A DNA stretch of 64,000 nucleotides from Phoronis australis. Its lineage: Eukaryota > Animalia > Phoronida. The DNA lies in NCBI GenBank assembly GCA_002633005.1, contig NMRA01000003.1:2164727-2228726 (forward strand), written 5' to 3'. The first letter of the stretch is position 1; the number at the start of each line of letters is the position of its first letter. The notes below the pieces were generated by a model, which did not search any database, was not told the origin of the DNA, and was given only the letters and a program-made list of their open reading frames with translations. Positions 27,001 to 40,700 of the stretch are shown here, piece by piece. Both the position numbers and the translations under genes were made by a program.

Positions 27001-28547
27001 CAAATAATTCTCAGTCCAACGGAGTCTTGATTGCTGACGGCTGCGCGGCACGAAACATCCTACGAGTGTAGGAAGCCTTCAGTTGGGTGTGCGTGTGCCT
27101 TCCCTCGCACCCTCTCATCTCCTAGTTTCGCCCCCCCCNCCCCCGGCCCAACTCTCCAGTGTAGTGTCACCTCATTCCGACGTCACCGATTTCCCTTGTC
27201 GCCACCAGTTACCAGTTGACGAATTTTTTATTCTCGGTGTTCTTATGATAGCTTCGTGGCATATGCGTAACGCACGTGCACTGCAAACCTCATGGACGGA
27301 CCAGAGTTTTTTACAAGTCAATTTGCTTTATTGAAGTGGGAGAGGGCCTCCAGTAACCTCCCCCTCCCTCCGGGCCACGGCCACGGCCGGGGGAACTCAC
27401 ACACTGAGAATATTGTATACGGACGTGATGACCACTAGATTCGGAAATGTGATTTTTGTGTGTGAAGGCATTCTTTGAAGTCCATTGTAATGTTAATGAG
27501 GTGTAATCACCGATGTCTGAAGACGATTTTTGCCTGTTAAAAAACTCTAACAGACCGGATCTGTGAAAGGACCCATAGCCCTTCATAGTGCACGGGTGCG
27601 CAGCGCTTGTATTGTCGAGCCAATGGACAACTGGGAGTAAAGTCCATGAAAGCTTTAGTGAAAAAGTGAAACTCAGCACGGCAAAAGCGTTTGTATAGAC
27701 ATCAGTCAGCAGTGAATGGAAACAATCGCCTTCGGAGGAATGTGAAACTTGGTCAAATTGCCCAATTCCGCCTCGATATTCACGACGCCCCGAGATCCAC
27801 TTGCCACAGTTGTCGGCTCAAGTGAACCCGCTGGCAAAATTGATTTTGAGCCTTGGCGGAAAAAGCTGGGGGTTCCAGGCTGGCCTGCTTGTAGCCTGTC
27901 TACGATTGCTGTGGACACTGCCGACTGTAGGTGTTCAGTTTGAACTCTGGACACTAATCAAGTTCGTTTCATATGGAGTATATACAAACTAGCAACCAGT
28001 TCACAACAAGTAAGCCTATCACTCAGTAGTGTACTGCTTGAAACTTACAAATTTCTACCCAGTCGTGTTATACAGCATATAATTGGTTAATTTCGAGTCT
28101 CGAGCTCTGACTCGATTCTGGGCTCGCCGCTCCTGGCGACTCTGGTTTAGTCCAAGTGATGGTGATTATTCATTAAAACTCATAAAACTAGTGTAATGCA
28201 TTCAACAAATACGACACCTCTTCACACTTCTAAAATCCATCAGATAACGCACCTCCATTCGTGTGGCCTACCTCCCTCAGCAGGAGTTCGCACATTAGCT
28301 AAAATGGTGTTGTTGATTCTATGATAGAGTTTTGAAACAGGTGATTACACTCAAATGTAGCCCAAATTACTACATAGTTTCGTATCTTGTTTGTCTAACC
28401 AACATCATACACGTGTTAACGACTTTCCTGGCAATGGAATTATGTGTTTAATATTAATTTTCACTACATCGATTTCGTCCTGTTATACTGGCTCAAAACG
28501 AAAATCAGTACTCATAAAATCGAACGTAACGGATAGCATGCGCACAC

Positions 28548-28928
28548 CTGGGGGGGGGGACTCGAACGAAGTGGGCAAAAGGGTCCGCCTAAATAAGAAG
28601 TAGAAAACAAGACAAAGGTCCACTAAAAAGTCGGGAACAACCAAAATACGGAGAATACACAATTCATAGCTCTGAACGTACCCCGTGAATCTTCAAAGGC
28701 TCACATTCTCGAACGAGCCTCCCAATTTCGAGAATTGAGCAAAAAGGTCCGCCTCAATGAAACAAAAAGTCCGAGCAAACGAGACAAAAGTCCACAAAGT
28801 CCACAGGAATTAAGCGCGGATGCACAATTCGTAGGCCTGAAACTAGTGGCGCCGTTTTTTTTTAGTCCTCGTTGATTTTATTATTTTATTCAGTAAAAGG
28901 TCCGCGTACCGGAAAATTCGAGCCCCCT
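28548..28928. mobile_element. Probable MITE with internal repeats upstream of nodal
   Basis: gggggactcgaa ... ttcgagccccc termini; recurring aaaggtcc(g/a)c subrepeats. Confidence 0.4.
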
Positions 28929-30004
28929 CTTAATTTAGGCTGGAGGGAAGTTATTGATAATGTGGTGTACATCTTATGATCTTTTATCGTATAATGAAAG
29001 ATTCACTCTTTTAAGAAAAGGTAGCCAAAACTGAAAGTCCCAAGTGTAAACGAACCATCGCATTTGACCAGGTTGGCAAACCCGTAAAAATTAGGCGTCT
29101 CATGTCAATAGCTGGTGGACCTTCAGTTTAACCAGTTGTTTGCGGGGCAAAGGAAAGTTCGAGGTAAAAATTTCTGAGGCCAAATTCGTTACTTTTAAGA
29201 TAGTAAGACGGACTGTAGTGTACTTATTGATTCAAATCATTTTTGAAACACTGGAGCACTTTGAACCATGTGACTCGTTTGTAACCAATGTACTTATTTG
29301 AAGCACTTTCTCTCATACTGGGCCCTGGACAAAGTCTTCATTTCAAAAATTTCTTCGTTGAACACAAAAGTAAACATGTAAGACAAATTTGGAACAAAAG
29401 CAGAATGCACGTTTTTGTGTAGTGGGATTTTTCCATTTAGTATGAATTTAAGATATGTGTCTTGGAATTTGTTGTCCATGTAGTTCGCACTTGACGTCAC
29501 TTCAGACTTCCGAGTTTCAACTAGCCCGTGTTGCTTGAATCCTGGCTACGAGTCATGATTACGCAAATTAAATTTATTGTATTCGACAGCAATATCCAAG
29601 ACACCTTAATTTTTAATCAAAGTGGAATAAAATATATATTTACGAATTTTAAGTTGATTAGATCTCGGTCACAGAGTGTGGATTCTTTCTCTGTTTAGCA
29701 TTGTTGAGACTGGTATATGACAACGGGGGCGAGACCTTCAGTTTACTCAATACAACGAGAATAAGTTATGTTTTTTTTGACTTTGGGAAAATTCTCCGAT
29801 CACTTTTGTCAGTGATGCGTTTCCTTGTTACATGTGTGAGGAACTTAATGAACGCGCTGAGGTCAATATCTTCAGACTAAATAATTGTTCAGTTGTTGTC
29901 CAGTAGGGGGTATCTATCACTAATAGGATTAGACATAAACCATTAACGGTATCGAAAAGATATAGGTTTAAAACAGAAAAATCGCCCCTGTTGGTCCAGC
30001 GCGG

Positions 30005-30013
30005 TTATAAAAG
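30005..30013 (+). promoter_or_regulatory. Candidate TATA box of nodal
   Basis: ttataaaag ~75 bp upstream of the ATG at 30084. Confidence 0.4.
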
Positions 30014-30083
30014 TAGCAGACAATGGAGAACGGAAACGCTTCGAGGTACGTTTATATACAACACGCAACAAGCTCTCGATGGT

Positions 30084-33000
30084 ATGAAACTTCCGACCGT
30101 TATAGTATTTTTTGTATTCCTCGCTCAATTCATTGATGCCTCCAGTGTGCTTCAGTCATGGTTTGAAACTGGTTCAACGGACTTCAGTTTCTCCGACAAC
30201 AACTTGTTGCGCCAGCGAACAGTTGCCACGGGAGACGGGCTTCCACACACCGTGCAACCGACGGGCACTGATCGGGCGACGTCTCAATACATGATCGACT
30301 TGTATCGACGTTTGTTGCGGACAGGAAGATTGACCGAGCACTGGCGAGATGTGGACACGATCAGAGGTCTTTCTCCTGAAGGTACGTTGGCCGATAGTAA
30401 AGATGTATAAATAATGATATACCGCAAAACTATCCAGTGTGTAGATGTGAACAAGGCCCAGACTAGTGTATTTCCAAAATGACCACGTACATACATGTAG
30501 GTATGTGCATGTGGGCATTCGCCAAACAAATGGACGCTCACATTGAACTTTGTGTTTTCAAACGACCCGCATTCATTTACAGGAGATAAAACAGAGTAAA
30601 GGAAAAAACATCGGCCTTACGCATTTCCTTTTTTTCACAAAACTTTAAGGGTACGAGTCTAAGCCGCATTGATCAACACCATGCAATAACTTCAAAATTC
30701 TTCTGGAACGAATCACGCGTAACAAAAAGTGCACTAATCTAGACACTGGGTAGTGGAGGGCTCGCGGAGTGGGGATGGGGCAGGCCAAAAAACCATTATT
30801 CCATCGACGAACACACATTCATCCTGATTACATTAATCTTCGGGTGAAAACGAATGATGGGATTTTATGTCATACTCAATTTGCAAAATGAGGTTCCATA
30901 AAATGCGACAATGCCAAAATGAATTGCACTGAGATAATGCATTACCCGTTGAAAGTGATCTGTTAACGAGTTTTTAAAATAAAATAATTAGTTAACAGTA
31001 CTGCGTAAGAAATCTTGTTGTTTCCGAAGTACATAAACGCGTGAGAAATGCTCTCGGAAAATCACGTGCTAATGAAAAAAAGGTTTGGTGATGCACGGTA
31101 TTGCTATAATGCTCAAAATAACCCCCCTTTTGTTACGTGCTGCACGGCATTAAAGTCAGATTCATTTCGTCAAGAAATTCCTTTTGAAACGCAACAAAGA
31201 CACTTGTTCTTTCTCTTTTTAGCAACGAGTTTATTTGACTAATTCAAAGTTTATTTCAGTTGTTCTAATATTATTTTGACATCATTCAGTAATACCTATT
31301 CAAGGCGACGTTCCCTAGGATCAGCCCACGTTAAATGCGCCAAAACGCAGGCCGGGCAAGGTCAATGTAATTAACAAGGCCTACAGAGTATGATGCGGTT
31401 CCACAGGATGTCAGGGGAAGGGTGGATAAAAATTTGCTTTGAATACAAACATTTACTTTGCTGTGAATTTTGGACAAAGCGTTTTTCAAACACAAACTTC
31501 GTAAATGCACTGCAGATCGCGAAGCGTGCTACTTGGGAGATAAAACATTGGTTACCAACGGATAGGGCTCAAGAAGAAATGAATGACAAATTAAGTTTAG
31601 GTTATGAAAACTTGCAATGGCAAACGATGATACTTCGACTACTAGTCGCTGCTCGCGCACCCAGAATCGATCATCCCTTGGAGATCCACCCATCTACGTG
31701 CGTCAGTGTTTACGCGTGTGCACGCAGACACACACATATGCCCGCTTACCAACCACAGCATTATTCAAAACTGATAAGACTGGTCTTTTGGCATAAAAAA
31801 ACCAAGTTTTTATACATTCTAGCATAGTTTTTGAACTTACTCTAAAATAGTGAAGTGACAATGCACGGCGGCTACACTCCCAGTCAACCACCACGCTAAT
31901 GAAACTAGTTTCAGGCCCCCAGTACCAGAGGGGCCCGGCTCAAGTGCCAGAGTTCTCATTGAGACCTCATGTACCTCACAAAACAGGGGCACCAAGCCTG
32001 ATGATACTGCATGACGGAGTATTTTGAAAACTTTATTCACATGTTAGTTATGGTGATTAGTAACGTTGGATTGGGGGGTTGGGGTTAAGTGAAGAGTCTG
32101 CTTTATGTGTGTGTTAGTGAAGGACTGATAGCTGATTTGGGCCTGGATATTGTGGCCCCACGACTGCTCTCCTTACCGAGGCGCATTGGGGTTCTCCATA
32201 TTGCCGAAGACAAATAAAAATACGCCAGTAACGATGAAGGGGTCATAGCTCGATCGGTGTGCAAGAAGCAAATTATGTAGTTATGACGTGACGAAAAAAT
32301 TATCGATTGTATTTTGTAGTCAAATCCTGCAAAACGTGTCGGAGCAAGTGGAGGTTTACACTGAATATGACCGTCATTCCACGAGAGGAAACAATTCGTG
32401 CCATTACAATCCGCGTTAAGGACATCCAAACGGAGAGCAACGAGACTCACGGCAAACTAACCGGGGCCAGTTTCCAAGGCAATTACAGACTAAAGACTAA
32501 AGTTTATAAAGGCGGTAGAAGATTGAGCAAGCGTATAACACAAATTTCTCCAAGTCAATTAGACAAGTTTGGTTATCTGGTATTTAACATCACAGAGATT
32601 GTAAATTCGTCACTCTCAACGTTGAATGACGAGGGTATGGCGAGTTATGACAACGTTTCAATCCACATTTCATTGAAATGTTTGGGTAATAGAAGGCAAA
32701 AACGAGACGTGAGGTTTCTTAAGAATCAGAGAGTTTTTACAGCCAAAAACAATTCCGCTGAAGCAATACTGTTGCTTTTCTCAGAAAATAAGCAGTTTTT
32801 GACAAACGAGAATTTTCTGAAAAAGATGTCACAATTAGCGCGAAAAGACAAGACGTGGCACAATGAGGTTCTCGAGAAAGGTTGGAAAAAAGAACGACTT
32901 CGCTTAAAACGTGACAATCGAAGGCAAAGGGACAGGCAGATGGAACAAAGAATGGTCAAAAGATCTTATTGTCGGAAAGTTGACTTTTATGTGGACTTTG

Positions 33001-33275
33001 ATGTTTTGGGTTGGGGAAAGTGGATAATTCATCCGCGCCAATACAACGCGAGGCTATGCAGAGGACGGTGCCCCCGTCAGATTGGTCTACTGAGAAAACC
33101 GACCAATCACGCAGTTATGCAAAGTCTGATGCGATTGTATACCTCAGCCAATGACGATGGACTATGCTGCGTTCCCACAAAATTACAACCAATGAGTATG
33201 ATGTATTTTGAAAATAATGAGATAGTTGTCAGACATCACCAAGAAATGATTGCAAATGACTGCCAATGTAAATAG
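30084..33275 (+). CDS. nodal: Nodal (TGF-beta family ligand), two exons 30084-30381 and 32320-33275, ~417 aa
   Basis: Signal peptide MKLPTVIVFFVFLAQ; prodomain YMIDLYRR..DTIRGL; phase-1 join G|gtacgt..tgtag|TC. Cystine-knot domain CRKVDFYVDFDVLGWGKWIIHP.QYNA..C.G.CP...PTNHAVMQSL..CCVPTKL.PMSMMYFEN.EIVVRHHQEMIANDCQC has Nodal-type VDF, QSL and RHH-EM features. Confidence 0.88.
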
Positions 33276-33762
33276 AAATTGTAAAATACGTTTATTATAC
33301 ATACTAAATCAACCCGTCCTTCAATTTACTTCATTCACGGTAATAGGTAACAAAAACTGGAAAATCATTTTTGCACGTACAGACTTATAAAAGCAAGTGA
33401 ACACAATCACGCTGGAGACATGTACTTTGCCATCCATGTATGCAAATATCCTGGCTTGTATTTGAAAAGGTGATTTGGACTGACATGAAAAAATCTTATC
33501 ATACAAATAGTAATACCAGTCTGTGATAAACCACCATGAGATTTCTGTTAAATAACCTATTATTAAGAAAAAGTTCAAATAGACAGGGTTAATCTACTAC
33601 ACAATGAATTTAACTTGGACCAATGGCAATATAATTACACATCCAAATGCCTTGAACAGCTGCCTAACTAATACCACAGAAATCAACACAATATAACAAT
33701 TTTATAAAATATCAAAATCCCAAAAAAGAGCTTGCTGCCAATAAAAAAGGAGACAAAATAAA

Positions 33763-36397
33763 CTTTATATAAAACTGTAACAGTCACAAATTTACACACA
33801 CAGCCTGATACATTGATGAAGCCCCAAACATATTAGACACTTTAAATAATATGTAGCACTCATTTCAACGAGCAATGACAATTTTTATACAATTTTAATA
33901 CCAGAAAAACACATCAGTTTTAAATAAATTACTATAAAACTAGCACAATAATAAGTCTATAATAATTCAACACAAAAATAGAAATTTTGGTTATATAATC
34001 CCAACGTTACTTCCATTTTTCATTTTCAAGACAATTTCGATCCAAGAAGAATCCAACTTAGAAAATATAATAACTGGGATACACCAAGGTATCTGGCATT
34101 TCATTTGAACCTGATCAAACACTTACTACCTCTAATCTAGCACTTGCCTGTATAATCTTGCTTATATCCCATACAAAAGCCTGAGCAAGCAGGTCATTTC
34201 ACAGTTTGTCCACTAGATGGGGCAGCCTGACCTGTCTTCTGAACCTAGCATATGTATGCACTGTCGTGGTGTATTTCTATTGCTGCAAGGGAGATGCCTC
34301 ATGCTGGAACACATCATCACTGAGACAACACATGGGCTAGGTTGACTAATCGCGTACTTCTCATCCTTTTGAAAGTTCATTACCGAAGTGAGATTCTCTG
34401 ATTTTTGTTTATTCAATACACTTCAACAGTTTTTGATAGTATGGGTTTTTAGTTACAAAATTGAGTCACATAACCAACTTGTTGTGTCTTGGCAGATCAC
34501 ACCTAATCTCCATTTTTTTATCTTTTTGGTTGTGATGCATCACTTGCATAAGAGTACACCTGAACTGTTCTCTTGTGGGCATAAATGATTGATCAATAAG
34601 ACATTTTTGAGATACAATGTTCCGAGGTTAGCCAAATTTTGAGATTTTCAAGTTACCAAATACTTCAACTGTCACGTAAGAGAAGACAACTGCCACTGTA
34701 CAAACTACTGGTGCATACGACTTACATGTGGAACCAAGTGCACAGTGTTTGAACCTAGAATAAAATGCAGTCATACCCACGTTGTCTTTTAAGGCAAGTT
34801 CAAAAACAACTCAAAGAAAATTAAATGCTTAGATCTTCTAATTCCTGAACAATTCATACTGTCAGAAAGTGGTTGAAATTAAATAAAGAGTTCCAAAAAT
34901 AGCAATGATGGCCTATATAGGTACATTATCGAAGAGAAAAGTAATTTTCTGAGATCAGCCTCAGTGAGGAATCCAATGAACTTGAAACCTCCATAGTCAA
35001 GCTGGCATAGCTATGTCAGAGTATTTAAGCACATTTCAGTGGTGGATTTAGGGGGTTGCCAAGGGGGCTGTGCCCCTNCTTTATATAAAACTGTAACAGT
35101 CACAAATTTACACACACAGCCTGATACATTGATGAAGCCCCAAACATATTAGACACTTTAAATAATATGTAGCACTCATTTCAACGAGCAATGACAATTT
35201 TTATACAATTTTAATACCAGAAAAAGACGTCAGTTTTAAATAAATTACTATAAAACAGCACAATAATAGTTCTATAATAATAATTCAACACAAAAATAGA
35301 AATTTTGGTAATATAATCCCGACGATACTTCCATTTTTCATTTTCAAGACAAGTTCGATCCAAGAAGAATCCAACTTAGAAAAGTGAATAACTGGGATAC
35401 ACCAAGGTATCTGGCATTTCATTTGAACCTGATGAAACACTTACTACCTAATCTAGCACTTGCCTGTATAATCTTGCTTATATCCCAAGAAAAGCCTGAG
35501 CAAGCAGGTCATTTCACACTATGTCCACTAGATGGGGCAGTCAAATGACCTGTCTTCTGAACCTAGCATATGTGTGCACTGTCGTGGTGTATTTCTATTG
35601 TTGCAAGGGAGATGCCTCATGCTGGAACACATCATCACTGAGACAACACATGGGCTAGGCCGGGTTGACTAATCGCGTACTTCTCAACCTTTTGAAAGTT
35701 CATTACCGAAGTGAGATTTTTTGATTTTTGTTTATTCAATACACTTCAACAGTTTTTGATAGTATGGGTTTTTAGTTACAAAATTGAGTCACATAACCAA
35801 CTTGTTGTGTCTTGGCAGATCACACTTAATCTCCAGTTTTTTATCTTTTTGGTCATGATGCATCACCTGCATAAGAGTACACCTGAACTGTTCTCTTGTG
35901 GGCATAAATGATTGATCGATAAGACATTTTTGGGATACAATGTTCCCGGCCGAGGTTAGCCAAATTTTGAGATTTTCAAAAGTTACCAAATACTTCAACT
36001 ATCACGTAAGAGAAGACAACTGCCACTGTACAAACTAATGGTGCATACGACTTACATGTGGAACCAAGTGCACAGTGTTTGAACCTAGAATAAAATGCAG
36101 ACATTAGTACACAAGTCTTTTAAGGCAGGTTCAAAAACAACTCAAAGAAAATTAAATACTTAGATCTTCTCAGTAATTCCTGAACACTTCATACTGTCAG
36201 AAAGTGGTTTAAATTAAATTAAAGAGTTCCAAAAATAGCAATGATGGCCTATATAGGTACATTATTGAAGAGAAAAGTGATTTTCTGAGATAGCCTCAGT
36301 GATGAATCCAACTTGAAACCTCCATAATCATGCTGGCATAGCTATGTCAGAGCATATTTCAGTGGTGGATTTAGGGGGTTGCCAAGGGGGCTGTGCC
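33763..36397 (+). repeat. ~1.3-kb direct duplication (33763-35077 and 35079-36397), likely an uncollapsed haplotype
   Basis: Near-identical copies with scattered SNPs and indels, abutting at a single n (35078). Confidence 0.85.
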
Positions 36398-36463
36398 CCC
36401 CCCTCCTAAAATTCTCCATGACTCCATTTGGCAGTTCGACTCAAAATCCTGGATCCGCCCCTG
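36360..36463. mobile_element. Short MITE with CAGGGGCGGATCCAG-type ends
   Basis: cagtggtggatttagg ... cctggatccgcccctg; tattt on both flanks. Confidence 0.6.
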
Positions 36464-37199
36464 TATTTGACTGCAAGGTCACCGACCTATCTCATCCAAC
36501 AGTATTCGAAAAAGTGCAACACAAAGCATTGATATGCACCCCCATTGTACTACAAGTGGTATGCTCGTAAGGCTGCTAATCAATTTCATGTAAAGTTTAA
36601 GGAAACATTTTGACCATAAGAAATAGCTGCAATAGTCAAAATTGACAAAAAGTGTTGGCACCTCATCTTTTGAAACTATCGAACCAAAGTTTTCAATATT
36701 TGCAACAAAGAAATAAAACGGGCCGAATAGGGGCACAGCACCTGGCATCCAAAATAGCAGGTCTAATGCACTTCTTATCATAAACAGCAATCATGAGGTT
36801 TGGCAGATAGAAAGACACTAATAGCTGCCATTATTTTCAAAATGGAACGGTCACCAGGGGGTGCTTTGGCAGTCAAATCCATTTGCAAATTAACTGGCAT
36901 CACCACATTGCCATCACACACCTCCATGTTCATTTCACTGAAATCTGTCAATTGATTTTCTACAAAAATGCTCTTCCTACCAAAAAATACTCAAAAGCCC
37001 CTTGTCACGACCAATATGGTAAATTGCAGAGGTCTAATTTGCCCAAAAATCAACTTGTGTGGACACATTTCTCTATGGAAATGCCATACAGCAAAAATAC
37101 TGAAAAGCTTCCACTCCTGGCTCCGGAAAATTGAAAACTGATGCCCTACACCTTTAATACGATGAATGTTTTCAGTCATCCAGTTGGGTCATAGTATAA

Positions 37200-37548
37200 G
37201 TACAACCCCTGAAAAGTCGTTTCAACCAGCATCGGAGGTCCAGTTATGGGGACTGCTATGATTCTGCAGTTTTTACTCACATGGCTTCCACAGACCACTC
37301 TTTCTCCATGGAAGATGTGAAGATCCTGGATAGAGAAGAAAATTGGTTTCGGAGAGGGGTTAAAGAAGCTATCTACGAGACAATCGAGAATCCTAGCCTC
37401 AATAGACAGGGGGGCTGCGGTTTCACTTACTTAGGACATGGGATAGGGCGCTGAAGAGAATTCCGCGAAAACTGTACGACGGATCACATGACAAGCCACG
37501 TGACAACTCAGTGACCTGATAAAGTCCTCGAGAGGAGGACGCAACGTA
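37200..37548 (+). mobile_element. 5'-truncated Penelope-like retroelement (GIY-YIG endonuclease C-terminus)
   Basis: Translates to QPLKSRFNQHRR..SAVFTHM...HSFSMEDVKILDREENWFRRGVKEAIYETIENPSLNRQGG, the typical end of a Penelope ORF, with a frameshift downstream. Confidence 0.8.
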
Positions 37549-37735
37549 GCCATCTCTACATAGCGTAAGTCCAGTAATAGATTTATTGATTCTTATACTA
37601 TGCCCTACACCTTTGTACCAAAATATGACCAGGGTTTTTAAGAGATATCGAGCAGACAACCAGACAAAATGGCCAATACGGGATGCTGCAGTGGCCGAAT
37701 ACAAACAAAAATTGACTGGTCCTGATAACATTCCT

Positions 37736-40700
37736 TTAAACCTCATAGTTCCTAAATTTGGCAAGAATGCTGTCAGCTTTGACTGATTGCCACTTCCTGT
37801 CAAGCTCCTGGACTGGACTGTTTGTAGTTTCTGGATGGTCAATCATCGGATTGCCTTGTCTTGTGTTGGACCAGTGCATTGTCTGAAAGATACAGTGATT
37901 TCACAGAATGATGTATTCTGCATCACCTGTTGCAGTCAACATGAAAGCCATTTACCTAAAAGGTGTTTCGGTTCAGTTTGTTATCTCCAAAGCAAAAGAA
38001 TTCCTCAAAGTTGATGAATCTTCTTGTTTTTTTACCTTTTTGATTGGTTTTTTTAATTGCTTAGAATTGAAATAAGACAAAATTTCATTAATCTCCACAA
38101 AGTTTTGACTTTTCCACACCTTTACAGTGTAAGGTGATCCGCATTTGACTGACAGTCCGAATTTTATGACACTGGATAAATTTTTCCACACTGATTGTTA
38201 CAAAATGCAATGACACACAGCTTTTGAGAATTTTTATATGCAGATCAAAGACCATGATTAGATTTGATGAGAAAGATACAAAAAATATGTTTAATTTAAA
38301 TTTCAAGCGTCATATTCACCAAACTAAGGTTCAGCAATTTCAAAACGAAATCTCAAAGTACAACAACTTGCCTTTTTCACTTGATCTAGAAAAGGCTAAA
38401 AATCATAACCAGTTAACATCGATTTTTAATACATTTCACAATAAAACTAAAAAAATACCATGTGATTTCTGTCTTTCAAAGCGTTCCATTCTTTAAACGA
38501 GATGTCCAGCCCACAGTCCAGCCACCGGTCATAGTTCATTCTCTTCTGTGGGTCAGTTAAACAATCTTTTGCTTCTTGAAGTTTTTTGAACAAGGCACCT
38601 ACAAGAGTATCAATGCACAGATCTTTTGAAAGTTTAAATAAAATACTAACCAATTAATTAATTCAAGTAGTAATTTCATTAAACAAAAATACCATAATGG
38701 CAGAATGCATAGTAAAGATTACAAACTAAGTATTCTTGGTTTACAAAAATCAACAATAGTGACAACAACGTTCAAGTCCACGATTTTTTACAGTAATCTG
38801 CAAGGATCAATATTCCCACAAAGCTGCGCTATTCAATGGTTATGTAGTGTTTAGTCATCTCTATACACTGTCAGGTATTTTAATATGTCAGTAAGGAGCA
38901 CAGAACAAAACCAAATCCTGGACAAATTGCTCATTCACGAGGATTGCCCTGGAATAGGCAGAAATTCCAACAGCGTACAAGAATGCGTTTTTGATTGTTC
39001 ATGGGTGCGATGCCTACACTTCTAATACGATCGTACACCATCGCCTCGTGCAAAATTTGGCAAAACCTCATGAAAACTCAATGGGAAATAATACACCCAA
39101 ATGAGGTTTCACAATTATTTTAGAAAACGTACTTCAATAAAGTAATTAAGATACAGTTTCAATCACTACATATATAGACACCAGCAGTCAAATCTTGCCA
39201 GTAATTGAAAATAGCCAACACACTTGTTTCATCTTGGTCATCTGGATTTTTGTCAGGGTGACAATAGCGAACACGTGCTTTGTATTCAGCATTGATCTGG
39301 GCAATCTGAAAAGAAAAGCAGTTTTAATTTTTTTTGTCGAAAGCACACAAGAACCTAAGAAGTAAACAAAGATGCACTGTAACAGCACTCATAAGAGACG
39401 GCGTTCTTATGCCACTTGACACAATTAAGCAATCATGTTCAAGGTCTGTCCCATAGGATCCATTTTTATGAATTGAAAGAAATAAAAATAAAAAATCTTA
39501 CTAGTTTCATTTCTTGGTTTTCTTTCCTCTTTTTGAACTCTGCCATTAACAAAAGTACCAGAAAATATGTCTTACTTTTGTAATAGACATTGAATAGCCC
39601 TCTGTACTAGTTATTGATTTCCAAACATTTCTTGGATACCAAGAACTTCGAATTTGGAAGGTGGATCCACTGGATCCCAATCGGCAATGGAGTCAATGGA
39701 CACACAGATGACACTCAACTTTTTACAATTACAAATATTACGTGAGCAATAGAGCCACTTTGAAAAGCTTGCGAGACAACTTTCGCTACCTACAATAACA
39801 GTACGGAAACTCAGTATGAAAATACATGTACTTTCAAACTTTTATGCATCTTGACCTTGCACAGACATTGAAACCCTGTTTTGAATTCACAACTCAGAAA
39901 CTAACTGTACTACACAATAATGAGACCATGTGACACCACTTTGGTGAGTGCTTACTCTAGACAGTGACCACCATCTCTAGCTGGCTGGTAGAGATGGTGA
40001 AGCTCCTATAGGAGTATAGAATAATAATAATCCAACCAGTCCTGACTGAAGTGAAGGCCCAAAATTCACTCAATAACAACTGACTACACTTGGGNATATG
40101 ACATTTAAAAGTCTTTGTGCACATATTTGACATTTTAATGTTTAACAACACGGGAAATGCACGGCTGGTTCCCGGCAGCACGTACGCAAAGGGCGGGAAC
40201 TTCAGCTTTCAAAGTTCGCCGGTAGGATCGCAACTTCTGACCTTCGGCCTGGTTAAAAAAAATGAGGCGATGGTCATTGCCTAGGATACCAAGAGCTTCG
40301 AATTTGGAAGGTGGATCCACTGGATCCCAATCGGCAATGGACACACAGATGACACTCAACTTTTTACAATTACAAATATTACGTGAGCAATAGAGCCACT
40401 TTGAAAAGCTTGCGAGACAACTTTCGCTACCTACAATAACAGTACGGAAACTCAGTATGAAAAAACTTTTATGCATATTGACCTTGCACAGACATTGAAA
40501 CCCTGTTTTGAATTCACAACTCAGAAACTAACTGTACTACACAATAATGAGACCATGTGACACCACTTTGGTGAGTGCTTACTCTAGACAGTGACCACCA
40601 TCTCTAGCTGGCTGGTAGAGATGGTGAAGCTCCTATAGGAGTATAGAATAATAATAATCCAACCAGTCCTGACTGAAGAAGTGAAGGCCCAAAATTCACT

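Noticed and set aside
31390-31827. 145-aa ORF in the nodal intron
   Set aside because: No recognisable domain or splice support; likely a chance ORF.
33763-36397. Apparent 1.3-kb tandem duplication with paired ORFs (34388 and 35711)
   Set aside because: Copies meet at a single n and differ by allele-level variation; most likely an assembly artefact. The ORFs have no recognisable protein features.
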